Shown here piece by piece: positions 9,191 through 18,791 of a DNA stretch of 64,000 nucleotides. Source of the DNA: a virus (taxonomy: Duplodnaviria; Caudoviricetes); the IMG/VR virus record IMGVR_UViG_3300015050_000576, positions 3,308-67,307 of that record; one strand, written 5' to 3'. The translations under genes and the position numbers were made by a program. Every line of letters starts with the position of its first letter. Position 1 is the stretch's first letter. The notes beneath the pieces were generated by a model. That model was given only the letters and a program-made list of their open reading frames with translations. It was not told where the DNA came from and searched no databases.

Positions 9191-9877
9191 ATGACATCAA
9201 GCGGCACCACCTCATTCGCGATGTCGAATGCTAGCATTGCGGTGGCGGCCTACTCGCGCCTGAAAATTCGGAGGACGTCTTTGCTCGCCGAGCATATGCA
9301 GGACGCCTATACCGAATTCAACCTGATGCAGTCCAAGTTCTCAAATCTTCCTGTAAACCTCTGGACTGTAGATTTGGTCAGCGTTCCCTTGGTGGCGGGG
9401 ACGGCAACCTATGACGTCGACCCGGACACCATCCAGATCCTGGATGCTTACCTTTCGCTCAACTCCAGCACCGAGAACGACCGGCTCATCTTCCCGATAT
9501 CGCGCACGGAATACGCCTCCTATCCCAATAAGACGGCTCAAGGCGTGCCTTCCGTGTTCTGGTACGATCGCCTCATCTCGCCGACAATAACGCTCTGGTA
9601 CGTCCCTGACGCAACCAGCACCTACACCCTGAAATACTATCGATGCGTCCAGATCCAAGACGCTAACTTCCCCGGCGGCGAGACCCCGAACGTCCCATAC
9701 CGTTGGCTGGATTGCATGGTCGCTGAGCTGGCACACCGGCTCTCCCGCATATGGGCTCCTGAGCTTGAAGCCGTCCGGGAAAAGGACGCCGAGAAGGCGT
9801 GGAACATCGCGGCCACGCAGGACGTCGAGAATGTTGACTTGAACATCATGCCGCAAGTCGGGGGCTACTACCGATGA
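9191..9877 (+). CDS. Head-tail adaptor / connector protein
   Basis: MTSSGTTSF...FNLM.SK.SN.PVNLWT...GTATY...R.EYASYPNKT.QG.P...WYDR...P.RWLDC; family pattern and position. Confidence 0.7.
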   Translation: MTSSGTTSFAMSNASIAVAAYSRLKIRRTSLLAEHMQDAYTEFNLMQSKFSNLPVNLWTVDLVSVPLVAGTATYDVDPDTIQILDAYLSLNSSTENDRLIFPISRTEYASYPNKTAQGVPSVFWYDRLISPTITLWYVPDATSTYTLKYYRCVQIQDANFPGGETPNVPYRWLDCMVAELAHRLSRIWAPELEAVREKDAEKAWNIAATQDVENVDLNIMPQVGGYYR

Positions 9878-10530
9878 CAGGCGGGTGGAAAAGGGATTAT
9901 GACGCCCCGGCCGTCGTCTACATGGTGACCAACTCAACGAACGGGAAACGATACATCGGAGTGACCAGCAAGGGGACTGGACGTCGGCTGAGGGAGCATT
10001 TCTCAGCGGCGAAACGCTCGGGGAATGGTGCTTTTTACAAGGCAATTCGCAAGCATGGCCGGGGTTCTTTCACAATCCAAATTCTCAAAGAATGTCCATC
10101 CCTCCGAGATGCTTACGCCGAAGAAATAAAATCGATTGCGGATTTGAAGCCTGAATACAACAGCACTCTCGGGGGAGACGGCCAATTAGGTCGTCCACTG
10201 TCTGAAGAGGCGAAGAGGCGGATAAGCCTCGCGAATAAAGGGAAACAATTTCACCTTGGTAAGCGCCACACCGACGCGACCAAGACGCTCTTGCGTCAGA
10301 TGAACAGCACGCCTGAAGCTCAGGCTAGGTGGCGTCAGTTTTCGCGCATGGGGCCATCTGCCAGATCCCGCCGCGTTGTTTGTCTTGACGATGGTATTCA
10401 ATTTGAAAGCGCCGCCAGCGCCGCAACTCATTACGGCGTATCAAAAAGTTCACTTATTGAACTTTGCCGCGGGCAGAAATATCGCAAATCAGTCGGCGGC
10501 AGGCGGTTCGCATATGAGGAGGCGGCGTAG
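9874..10530 (+). mobile_element. Free-standing GIY-YIG homing endonuclease with NUMOD3/NUMOD1-type DNA-binding repeats
   Basis: VYMVTNSTNGKRYIGVT...R...H...YN; LSEEAKRRISLA; VVCLDDGIQFESAASAA. Confidence 0.85.
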
Positions 10531-10938
10531 ATGACTGGGCCGTGGCACCCTACCGGGCGCGCTCGCGTCAGCATGACGAGTCCGCAAGCTCACGCGATAT
10601 GCGATGATTGCGGATTTCGATATTTGCACGTCGACCTGCGTTGGAAAGTCCAGTGGGCCGGCGCCAAGGTCCAGAACCTGCGCTTGCTGGTCTGCAAGAC
10701 GTGCTGGGACAATCCGCAGCCGCAGCTCAAGGCCATCGTCATCCCCGCGGATCCTTTGCCGATCTACAACCCGCGCCCCGAGGCTTACGCCGAAACCGTC
10801 CCCAATTTTATAGCGACGGAATCCGAAACGTTCTCTGGGTCTGACCTGACGACCCAAGGCGGCGACAACATCATTTGGGAGCTGGGCGACACGCCTCTTC
10901 CCGATCCGAACAACCCCGCTCTCTATCCGGACTCCTGA
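10531..10938 (+). CDS. Conserved CxxC-CxxC head-tail region protein
   Basis: AICDDCGFRY...LLVCKTCWDNPQPQL. Confidence 0.65.
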   Translation: MTGPWHPTGRARVSMTSPQAHAICDDCGFRYLHVDLRWKVQWAGAKVQNLRLLVCKTCWDNPQPQLKAIVIPADPLPIYNPRPEAYAETVPNFIATESETFSGSDLTTQGGDNIIWELGDTPLPDPNNPALYPDS

Positions 10939-13386
10939 ATGTCCAATATCCCTATCACGTCATTGCCGCTGGCGATCAGTCTCAGCGGCAGCGAAGTCGT
11001 GCCCGGTGTTCAGGGCGGGACCACCAAGCAAATCCCGATTTCGCTGATCAACTCGTCGAACCCGGCCAATCTTCCTGCGGGAGGATTGACGGGGCAGGCT
11101 TTGGTCAAGCAGACCGACGCCGATTATGACACGGAATGGCTGACCGCGACCGGCATTGGCACGGTTCAGGAAGTCGATACCGGCACAGGATTGACGGGCG
11201 GCCCGATCACCCTGACTGGGACGGTCGCGCTGGCGTCGATCGCTACCGGGAACGTTCTTGCCAATGTCAGCGGCGGCAGTGCCGCGCCTACGCCCAATAC
11301 GCCATCGTCGGTTCTGGACGTCATCGGGTCTACCCGGGGAGACGTTCTTTACCGCGGGGCCTCCGGATGGTCTGCGCTGGCGCCCGGTACTGCCGGACAA
11401 ATCCTCTCAACGGGTGGGGCCGGGGCTGATCCTTCGTGGTCTGCAGCCGGCGCTGGCACAACCACGTCGGTCGGCCTTTCCCTGCCGGCCATCTTCACCG
11501 TCTCAGGAAGCCCCGTTACGACGTCAGGGACGCTCACTGGTACGCTGGCGAACCAGTCCGCTAATCAGGTGTGGTCGGGCCCGACGGCGGGCGCTGCGGC
11601 TGCCCCAGCCTTTCGTGCGCTGGTTGGTGCTGACCTTCCCAATCCTTCGTCCTCGTCGCTCGGGGGCATTCAGTCCACAACTGGAGCCGCTAGTCAGTGG
11701 ATTAGCACGATCTCAACCAGCGGCGTTCCGGGCCTTTCTCAGCCGGCGTTCTCCGATCTGTCCGGGAGCATTTCACTCTCGCAATTCGGCAATCAGACGG
11801 CAAACCGGGTTCTGGCCGGTCCTGCGAGCGGCGGTGCGACAACCCCGACGTTCCGGGCCATTGTCGGGGCTGATCTTCCCAACCCCTCGTCGACCACGCT
11901 TGGCGGCGTTCAGTCGCTGGCTGCCGTAACCAGCCGATGGATCAATACGATTTCGACGTCCGGCGTGCCGTCTGCCTCGCAACCGTCATTCACGGACATT
12001 TCCGGCACAGTACAGCCGTCTCAATTGCCTTCTATCGGCAACAACAACATTCTCGGAAACGTCTCCGGCGGCACTGCGGTTCCTGTCGGCATTACCGCAT
12101 CAAACATCCTCGATATTCTGGGGTCTACCCAGGGTGATGTGCTTTACCGGGGATCCTCGGGATGGGCCGCTCTGACTGCAGGGACCAACGGCCAGGTTCT
12201 GACGACCTCTGGAGCCGCCGCCAATCCGGCATGGACCACGGTTACGGGCACGGGCACCGTCACCAGCGTTGCCACCAATAACGGTATTACGGGCGGCACG
12301 ATCACGACCACGGGCACCATCGGGCTTGATGCCATCGCCAACGGCACGCTTCTGGCCAATACGTCAGGCCTTTCCCAGCACCCGACGGCTACGGCGCCGA
12401 CGGCTATTCTTGACGTCATCGGATCCACGCAAGGAAATCTCCTCTACCGCGGCGCGTCAAACTGGACCGTTCTTGCCCCCGGGACGAACGGGCAGGTTCT
12501 GACTCAGGGCGCATCTACGCCGTCATGGTCGAATGCCGGCACGGTTTCCACCATAACGCCCAGCAGCGGTCTTACCTCAACCGTTACGTCCGCTGCCCCG
12601 GGAAGCGCGATCACGACCACGGGCACGCTCTATGCCTCGCAGATAGTCAATGCGCAGACCGGCACGTCCTACGCCATTGTTGACGGCGATCGTGCAAAAC
12701 TGATCACGGCCACGAATGCGGCGGCGCAGGCCTATACCATCGCACAGGCGGGTGCAGCCTCGGCCTTTCAATCGGGCTGGCACACCAACATTCAGAACAA
12801 CAGCACGAACGTTGCCGGCGTCATCACGATTACCCCGACCACCTCAACAATCAACGGGGCGGCTACTCTTGTCATCCAGCCGGGTCAGTCGGTCCGCATC
12901 GTCTCCGACGGGACTAATTATCAGGCCTTTGGGCTTGGGAGCGGCAAGCAACTCCCGGGCACGACGACGAGCGATGCAGCCAATGCCGGGAACATTGGCG
13001 AGTATGTCGAGAGCGAACTTGCGATCGGTTCGGCTACATCCCTTGTTACGAGTATCGCGAAGACCATTACCAGCATTTCTCTTACTGCGGGCGATTGGGA
13101 CGTCCGCGGCAATGTCGGCATTTACCCCGCCAATACAACGAGCCTGACGAAAAGCCTTGGCGGCGTTTCCACCGTCACCAACTCAATCGGATCCGCCAGT
13201 GGGCGGGCTGTTGGTGGGCTCTTCCCCCCGACGGTGTTTGACGGGAATACGGCAAATTATTCGTCGATTGCTCCGTGCCGCTTCTCGCTAAGCACCACAA
13301 CCACGGTATACTTGGTAGGGCTGGCGACGTTCACCGTAAGCACATGCTCTGCCTTTGGCATCATTAGCGCTAGGAGGGTGCGATAA
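10939..13386 (+). CDS. Tail fibre protein with internal repeats
   Basis: 815 aa, G/S/T/A-rich, with repeated fibre modules (see repeat feature). Confidence 0.75.
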   Translation: MSNIPITSLPLAISLSGSEVVPGVQGGTTKQIPISLINSSNPANLPAGGLTGQALVKQTDADYDTEWLTATGIGTVQEVDTGTGLTGGPITLTGTVALASIATGNVLANVSGGSAAPTPNTPSSVLDVIGSTRGDVLYRGASGWSALAPGTAGQILSTGGAGADPSWSAAGAGTTTSVGLSLPAIFTVSGSPVTTSGTLTGTLANQSANQVWSGPTAGAAAAPAFRALVGADLPNPSSSSLGGIQSTTGAASQWISTISTSGVPGLSQPAFSDLSGSISLSQFGNQTANRVLAGPASGGATTPTFRAIVGADLPNPSSTTLGGVQSLAAVTSRWINTISTSGVPSASQPSFTDISGTVQPSQLPSIGNNNILGNVSGGTAVPVGITASNILDILGSTQGDVLYRGSSGWAALTAGTNGQVLTTSGAAANPAWTTVTGTGTVTSVATNNGITGGTITTTGTIGLDAIANGTLLANTSGLSQHPTATAPTAILDVIGSTQGNLLYRGASNWTVLAPGTNGQVLTQGASTPSWSNAGTVSTITPSSGLTSTVTSAAPGSAITTTGTLYASQIVNAQTGTSYAIVDGDRAKLITATNAAAQAYTIAQAGAASAFQSGWHTNIQNNSTNVAGVITITPTTSTINGAATLVIQPGQSVRIVSDGTNYQAFGLGSGKQLPGTTTSDAANAGNIGEYVESELAIGSATSLVTSIAKTITSISLTAGDWDVRGNVGIYPANTTSLTKSLGGVSTVTNSIGSASGRAVGGLFPPTVFDGNTANYSSIAPCRFSLSTTTTVYLVGLATFTVSTCSAFGIISARRVR
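11305..12510 (+). repeat. Diverged intragenic repeats in the tail fibre
   Basis: (I/V)LD(V/I)(I/L)GST(R/Q)G(D/N)(V/L)LYRG(A/S)S.W..L..GT.GQ(I/V)L three times (about 11310, 12105, 12405); NQ.AN.V..GP..G....P.FRA.VGADLPNPSS..LGG.QS twice, 240 nt apart. Confidence 0.8.
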
Positions 13387-14480
13387 CCCCATTTGGAAGT
13401 TCTTCGGTTATCCTCAATGCGGCGAATACGCTGCTCTATACCTGCCCGCCTGGATGCCGGGTTAAAATCACGGATATCGTGTTTTCGAACACGAATACCG
13501 TCTATGTCATCAAAGTTGGCATGTGGAAGGGGCCCTCGGTTGTAGTCAATGGCCATCCTGTCGGCCTGGTCGATAGCTGGCCATCTCCTTTCAGCGTCTA
13601 TTTGAATGAAGGGGAGTCGCTATACGGCACGGCCACGATAGCCGGTTGGGTAACGTGCACGTTCAATTACGAGAGTGTCGGCGGCGTAAATGCGGCCTTG
13701 CCAACGGATACGGTCAACTATGATCCGCCCGGGCTGTTTACCGACGTGACCGGCAAGACCCCGATGGGCTCAACTCTGGTAGTTGGGCAGAATACCATGA
13801 CGGGCCTGTTCCTCGGGCAGTCGATGGTTTCCAACAACGTCATCGGCGTATCGACGCCATACGTTGCGGGGCCGACGGTTGCGAACATGCACATCAACGG
13901 TGCGTTCTATCGCGCAGAAGGGGCCATGCTGGGGTGCGGCGGGAATAGTGCAGACAATCCGGCTTCGAGGTTCGGCGACAAGGTAATTGCCGGCGGCGCG
14001 GCCGATCGGTTCAACGTCATCAATCGCTCCATCGGGTCGACCAATCCGCAGCATTTCGCCAAGACCGGATATTTCGGCGGGCACATCAGCCTTGCGGCGA
14101 GCAACCTTCGGGCATCGGCTCAGCAGGCCAGTTTTGTCGACCTTGAATGGGGAAGCCTTGCGGCGGTTTCCGGAATGGCGGCAACGGACTTTCGCGATGG
14201 CATCCGCGCCGTTGTAGCGTGGCTCAGGGAATGCGGTATCTACGCCCCGGTGTTTGTTGCCAAGCACACGCGGTTCGGATCCCTCAGTCTTGCAGGCGCT
14301 CCTGCGGTGCGTTCTGGCGTCGATATGGCGCTGAGCAGCGCGCTTGGGATTTTCGATGGGCCGGACATGGACACCATCCCGGACTCTGAACGCAACGGCG
14401 GCGGGCATCTCCTGACTACCGGAGCAAATTCGTCGGCGCAGCTTCGCTATAACCATCATGCCGCATTCTTTGGCTGGTAA
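13383..14480 (+). CDS. Tail-associated protein with SGNH/SASA-like esterase domain; probable ATA start
   Basis: The frame is open from 13374. AGGAGG at 13372-77 lies 5 nt before ATA at 13383. LFLGQS nucleophile-like motif and GGGHL near the C-terminus. The track start at 13479 is internal. Confidence 0.6.
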   Translation: MTPFGSSSVILNAANTLLYTCPPGCRVKITDIVFSNTNTVYVIKVGMWKGPSVVVNGHPVGLVDSWPSPFSVYLNEGESLYGTATIAGWVTCTFNYESVGGVNAALPTDTVNYDPPGLFTDVTGKTPMGSTLVVGQNTMTGLFLGQSMVSNNVIGVSTPYVAGPTVANMHINGAFYRAEGAMLGCGGNSADNPASRFGDKVIAGGAADRFNVINRSIGSTNPQHFAKTGYFGGHISLAASNLRASAQQASFVDLEWGSLAAVSGMAATDFRDGIRAVVAWLRECGIYAPVFVAKHTRFGSLSLAGAPAVRSGVDMALSSALGIFDGPDMDTIPDSERNGGGHLLTTGANSSAQLRYNHHAAFFGW

Positions 14481-14624
14481 TCAGCACCCGGCCTGCTTTG
14501 TACCACCTATCATAAAAGGCGGCGGCTCGCCTCCTGTGCATACGGGAGGGGAAGCAATCATGGCCAGCGCGAACGCAGCGAGTGCGAGGATAGCAAGAAG
14601 CGCCAGTTTGAAGCTGATTGGCAT
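14481..14624 (-). CDS. 47-aa signal-peptide/TM micro-protein (not in ORF track)
   Basis: MPISFKLALLAILALAAFALAMIASPPVCTGGEPPPFMIGGTKQAGC*; exactly fills the gap after the 14480 stop; TG-A-TAGGCT lies 6 nt before the ATG. Confidence 0.6.
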   Translation of the reverse strand: MPISFKLALLAILALAAFALAMIASPPVCTGGEPPPFMIGGTKQAGC

Positions 14625-14680
14625 GGCAATAGCCTATCACCACAGCCGCAGCGCGTTCAATACCTAAAGGGAATGCCGAT

Positions 14681-15385
14681 TTGAACTATTCAGATTTCGT
14701 CGCCACGATCGCCAATGAAACGGTCATCACCGCGACGGACCCGAACTTTGTCCAGATTCTACCGCAGGCTATCGCTTATGCGGAAGACCGGATTTACCGT
14801 GAGCTTGATTTGCTCTCGACGGTAGTTCGGGACAGTTCGGCCCTGACCTCGGGCAACCGCAACTACACCTTGCCGCAAAACAATGGCCGGTTTGTCGTCA
14901 CCAACGCATTCAACCTGATTACGCCAGCAGCCACCACCATTCCGGATAACGGCACGCGAACCCAGATGATCCCGGTGTCCCGCGACTTCCTGGATGCGGT
15001 TTATGGGAGTTCAACGGGGGCAGGTCAGCCGACCTATTACGCGCCTATCACGGATCAGGACTGGATTGTCGGGCCGTGGCCGGACGCGGCTTATACCATC
15101 GAGGTGGTTGGCACGATCCAGCCTACGCCCCTTAGCGCGAGCAACACCACAACGTATCTCACGCTGTACCTGTCGGACTTGTTCGTCGCGGCGGCGATGA
15201 TCTTCATGAGCGGGTATCAACAGAACTTCGGCGCTCAGGCCGACAACCCGCAGATGGCGACGAGCTGGTCATCCGAATACGACAAACTGTTCGCGTCCGC
15301 CAACGTGGTTGAACAGCGCAAGAAGTACGCAGCGGGCGGATGGGGCTCGCTTTCACCAACTCCGGTGGCAACGCCAAGTCGATAA
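14681..15385 (+). CDS. Second head-tail adaptor-like protein
   Basis: TTG start; MNYSDFVATIA...F..ILPQAI.YAE.RIYRELDL...G.P.YYA...GP.PD..Y..E. Confidence 0.7.
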   Translation: MNYSDFVATIANETVITATDPNFVQILPQAIAYAEDRIYRELDLLSTVVRDSSALTSGNRNYTLPQNNGRFVVTNAFNLITPAATTIPDNGTRTQMIPVSRDFLDAVYGSSTGAGQPTYYAPITDQDWIVGPWPDAAYTIEVVGTIQPTPLSASNTTTYLTLYLSDLFVAAAMIFMSGYQQNFGAQADNPQMATSWSSEYDKLFASANVVEQRKKYAAGGWGSLSPTPVATPSR

Positions 15386-15410
15386 CCAAACCAGCACCAG
15401 CAGAACTCTC

Positions 15411-15434
15411 AGGCCCTTCACGGGGCCTTTTTTA
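15411..15434 (+). terminator. Intrinsic terminator in the late operon
   Basis: AGGCCC-TTCACG-GGGCCT followed by TTTTTA. Confidence 0.7.
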
Positions 15435-15447
15435 TTGGGATTAAGAA

Positions 15448-16359
15448 ATGCCAACAACCACCAACCGCGGGCTTGAAGTTCCGACGCACGGCTCGGAAGT
15501 CGACACCTGGGACGAGCCGCTTAACGAAAATTTCGGCTTGCTGGATACCATTGTCGGCGGCATCGCCAACATTGCAACGACTGGCGGGAACACGGTATTG
15601 AGCGCGGCGCAGGCCGCATGCGGTACGATCAGCATAACCGGCACACTCACCGCAAACGCTACAATTCAGTTCCCATCCGTTCAAGGTTGGTGGTCGATTG
15701 AAAATCTTACCGTCCCCGGCGCCTTCGCTGTTTACGCGCTCGGAAGTTCGCAATTCATCGGCATTCCCCCGGGAGAAATCACTGATATTCAGATCAATGC
15801 AGGCGTTGCCAAGTACCGCAACTTCGGCCGCGTGGGGTCGTACATGGATTTGGCGACTGCGACTGTGCCGGGATGGATAACTCTTTCGACCGTGCCGCCG
15901 TATCTTCTCTGTGACGGGTCAACCTTTAGCGCTGCTACCTATCCGGCGCTTGCCGCCATTCTTGGCACCACAACGTTGCCGGACGCCAGAGGGTCGGTAT
16001 TTGCCACTTTGAACCAGGGGACGGGCCGCATTACGACGGCCGGCTCTGGCATTGATGGAGACACAAGGTTTTCGCGCGGTGGCGCCCAAACCGTCACGCT
16101 TGCGACCGCTGATATCCCGGCGCATACGCACGCCAACAGTCTTTCTGACCCGGGGCATTTTCATAATGTCAATGCGATGAATGGGACGGGCGGCGTATTC
16201 GTCGCCTCTGGCGGTGGGTACACCTATCTTGGCGACAATCAAACAACTACGAAACTAACCGGCATCACTCTGACGAATGCGAGCGCGGGCGGTGGCGGGG
16301 CTCATAACAATATGCCTCCGACCTTGATTACGGGCATCCGCCTGATCCGGGCCGCATGA
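15448..16359 (+). CDS. Tail protein with phage tail-collar domain
   Basis: YLLCDGSTFSAATYPALAAILG...LPDARG...GGAQTVTL...IPAHTH...GGGAHNNMPP. Confidence 0.8.
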   Translation: MPTTTNRGLEVPTHGSEVDTWDEPLNENFGLLDTIVGGIANIATTGGNTVLSAAQAACGTISITGTLTANATIQFPSVQGWWSIENLTVPGAFAVYALGSSQFIGIPPGEITDIQINAGVAKYRNFGRVGSYMDLATATVPGWITLSTVPPYLLCDGSTFSAATYPALAAILGTTTLPDARGSVFATLNQGTGRITTAGSGIDGDTRFSRGGAQTVTLATADIPAHTHANSLSDPGHFHNVNAMNGTGGVFVASGGGYTYLGDNQTTTKLTGITLTNASAGGGGAHNNMPPTLITGIRLIRAA

Positions 16360-16360
16360 C

Positions 16361-18388
16361 GTGCCAATTGTCCCTCTAAGGCTTATCCCCGGGGTCAATG
16401 CAGATTTCACGCCTACGCTGAATCAGGCGGGCGTGTCTTCATGCGACCTGATCCGGTGGAAAGATAAACTTCCGCAAAAGCTCGGGGGCTGGGATAGGTT
16501 CTATCCGTACAATCTTTCTGGCGTGCCGCGCGATATCCACGGCTGGGCAGACCTGAATGCGGTTGATCATCTCGCGGTTGGCACCACTACGTCTCTTGTG
16601 GTCGTCACCAACGGGTCGTTGCAGGATATCACGCCGCAAACTCTGATCTCGGACTTTCCGCCGGACTTCACGACTACCAGCGCGGACGATACCGTCACGG
16701 TCGACGATCCGAATATCCTGAACGTCACGACTTACGATTCCGTTTTCTTCAACACGCCGGTTTCGGTGGGTGGGCTGATCCTGCAGGGGGTCTACCCGAT
16801 AGACGCTATCGGAGGGGCCACCAGCTACAACATCATTGCGGCGGCGGACGCGACGGCTTCCGAGAGTTCGGCTGGCGCAGTTCCGATATTCACCCCGGCA
16901 TCCGGTAGTTCGATTGTCTCGGTTGCACTCCCCGACCATGCCCTGTCAGTCGGCGATACGTTTGACTTTCCAATCCCAACCGTGGTCGGCGGGACCATCA
17001 CCATTGAAGGTGTTTATCGCGTTATCGGTGTTCCGAACACGGATAATTTTACCATCTCGGGAAGCGCGGAGGCAGCCAACAGCACGCCCGTTTCAATGAA
17101 CGGCGGCGAAGCACAGCTTGTCTATTACATTACGCTTGGTCCTGCCGCAGCGGGAACGGGCTATGGCGTTGGTGGCTATGGTGTTGGTGGGTATGGCACG
17201 GGCGTAGTCCCTGCATCCCAGACCGGGACGCCGATCACCGCCGTTGACTGGATGCTGGACAACTGGGGTGAAATCCTCCTCGCCAATCCGAAGGGCGGCG
17301 GCATCTATTACTGGCAGCCCAATTCGGGTTTCCAAACCGCGCAATTGGTTTCGACTGGCCCCGTCTTCAACAACGGCATTTTCGTTTCGATGCCGGCGCA
17401 AATCCTTGTGGCTTGGGGGTCTACTTCAATAGGCCAGCAGCAAGACCCGCTGATGGTGCGCTGGTCTGACAGCCAGGATTTTCTGAACTGGGCAGAAACC
17501 GCACAGACGCAGGCGGGTTCGTATCGTATCCCCACGGGGTCAATGATCGTCGGTGGCATTCAGGGACCGCAACAGGGACTGATCTGGACCGACCTCGACG
17601 TCTACGCGATGCAGTATATCAGCGTTCCCGGCGTATTCGGTTTCAACAAATTGTCTTCCGGGTGCGGGTTGATTGGCCCGCATGCCGTCACTTCAATGCG
17701 AGGCAACGTCTATTGGCTGAACGGCGGCAGCGTGTTTGTGCTGTCAGGCAATGGCGTGCAGCAAATTCCGTGTTCGGTCTGGGACGTGATCTTTCAGGAT
17801 TTGGATACGAGCAATCAGCAAAAGATCGTTGCCGCGGCGAATAGCCAGTTTGACGAGATCGCGTTTTATTATCCGTCGTTGTCCGGCGGTACGGGCGAGA
17901 ATGACAAATACATCAAACTGAACGTCTCGGAAGGATCTTGGGACTACGGCAATCTTGCTCGTTCGACATGGATGGATCAATCGGTGCTGGGCCAAGCCAT
18001 CGGGACTTCGCCTGCGGGCCTGATCTTCCAGCATGAAACCTCGCCGGATGCGGACGGGCAACCGCTCGTTTCGTCGTTCACCACGGGCTATTTCGTGCTT
18101 ACCGAAGGGCAGGATTTGGCCTTTGTCGACTGGTTTTTCCCGGACATGAAATGGGGGCTTTACGCTGGAACACAGGGCGCAACGGTCAACGTCACCATCA
18201 ACACGGTAGCTTATCCAAATGGCGATATTGAGACGTTCGGACCGTATCCGGTCACTCAGGCGGTGGACTTCGTGAACACGAGACTCCGCAATCGCCAGCT
18301 CAGCCTGACATTCCAGAGCAATGATCTCGGGTCGTTCTGGAGACTCGGTCAGATGCGCATTCGGGTATCCAAGGCAGGGCGTCGCTGA
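16361..18388 (+). CDS. Tail nozzle / DNA stabilisation protein (P22 gp10 / T7 gp12-like)
   Basis: 675 aa; W..DNWGE, RWSD.ED...W, W.D...Y.M, F....W.Y..... beta-propeller-type motifs; position before the ejection genes. Confidence 0.7.
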   Translation: MPIVPLRLIPGVNADFTPTLNQAGVSSCDLIRWKDKLPQKLGGWDRFYPYNLSGVPRDIHGWADLNAVDHLAVGTTTSLVVVTNGSLQDITPQTLISDFPPDFTTTSADDTVTVDDPNILNVTTYDSVFFNTPVSVGGLILQGVYPIDAIGGATSYNIIAAADATASESSAGAVPIFTPASGSSIVSVALPDHALSVGDTFDFPIPTVVGGTITIEGVYRVIGVPNTDNFTISGSAEAANSTPVSMNGGEAQLVYYITLGPAAAGTGYGVGGYGVGGYGTGVVPASQTGTPITAVDWMLDNWGEILLANPKGGGIYYWQPNSGFQTAQLVSTGPVFNNGIFVSMPAQILVAWGSTSIGQQQDPLMVRWSDSQDFLNWAETAQTQAGSYRIPTGSMIVGGIQGPQQGLIWTDLDVYAMQYISVPGVFGFNKLSSGCGLIGPHAVTSMRGNVYWLNGGSVFVLSGNGVQQIPCSVWDVIFQDLDTSNQQKIVAAANSQFDEIAFYYPSLSGGTGENDKYIKLNVSEGSWDYGNLARSTWMDQSVLGQAIGTSPAGLIFQHETSPDADGQPLVSSFTTGYFVLTEGQDLAFVDWFFPDMKWGLYAGTQGATVNVTINTVAYPNGDIETFGPYPVTQAVDFVNTRLRNRQLSLTFQSNDLGSFWRLGQMRIRVSKAGRR

Positions 18389-18789
18389 TGGCGGACGATT
18401 TTATCAATGCGCTCGGCGGCACGCCTCCGGGGCCAACTGCGTCTGCTCAGGCGGGCGGCGGCACGGCCGCGGGTACAACTGCCGATATCGTTCGCAACCA
18501 AATCCTCAATGGCCTGCTCAATGCGCTGCAGAATGGTTTCCCGCGCACGGTCGGCACGTTCACATTGACGGCGGCGGCCACCTTGGTCGTTCCTCAAACA
18601 GCAACGCAATCAACCAGCGTCATCACGCTTACGCCAACCAATGCAGGCGCGGCCACGCTGATGGGTTCGAATAAGTCACTTTACATCTCGGCACGAACGC
18701 AAGGTACGAGTTTTACGGTAGCGACGGCGAGCGGTGTTGCTGCGACGGGCGGGGAAACCTTCATGTATGAACTTTTGAACTTGGTATAA
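18388..18789 (+). CDS. Small tail protein
   Basis: Coupled to the previous stop; beta-rich C-terminal domain. Confidence 0.55.
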   Translation: MADDFINALGGTPPGPTASAQAGGGTAAGTTADIVRNQILNGLLNALQNGFPRTVGTFTLTAAATLVVPQTATQSTSVITLTPTNAGAATLMGSNKSLYISARTQGTSFTVATASGVAATGGETFMYELLNLV

Positions 18790-18791
18790 AC

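Noticed and set aside
9874-10530. Group I intron around the GIY-YIG ORF
   Set aside because: The ORF overlaps or abuts complete genes on both sides, leaving no room for an intron core, and neither neighbour appears split.
10939-13386. Tail-fibre repeats as a diversity-generating retroelement TR/VR pair
   Set aside because: Differences are not adenine-specific, the repeats are in-frame protein modules, and no reverse transcriptase is present in the window.
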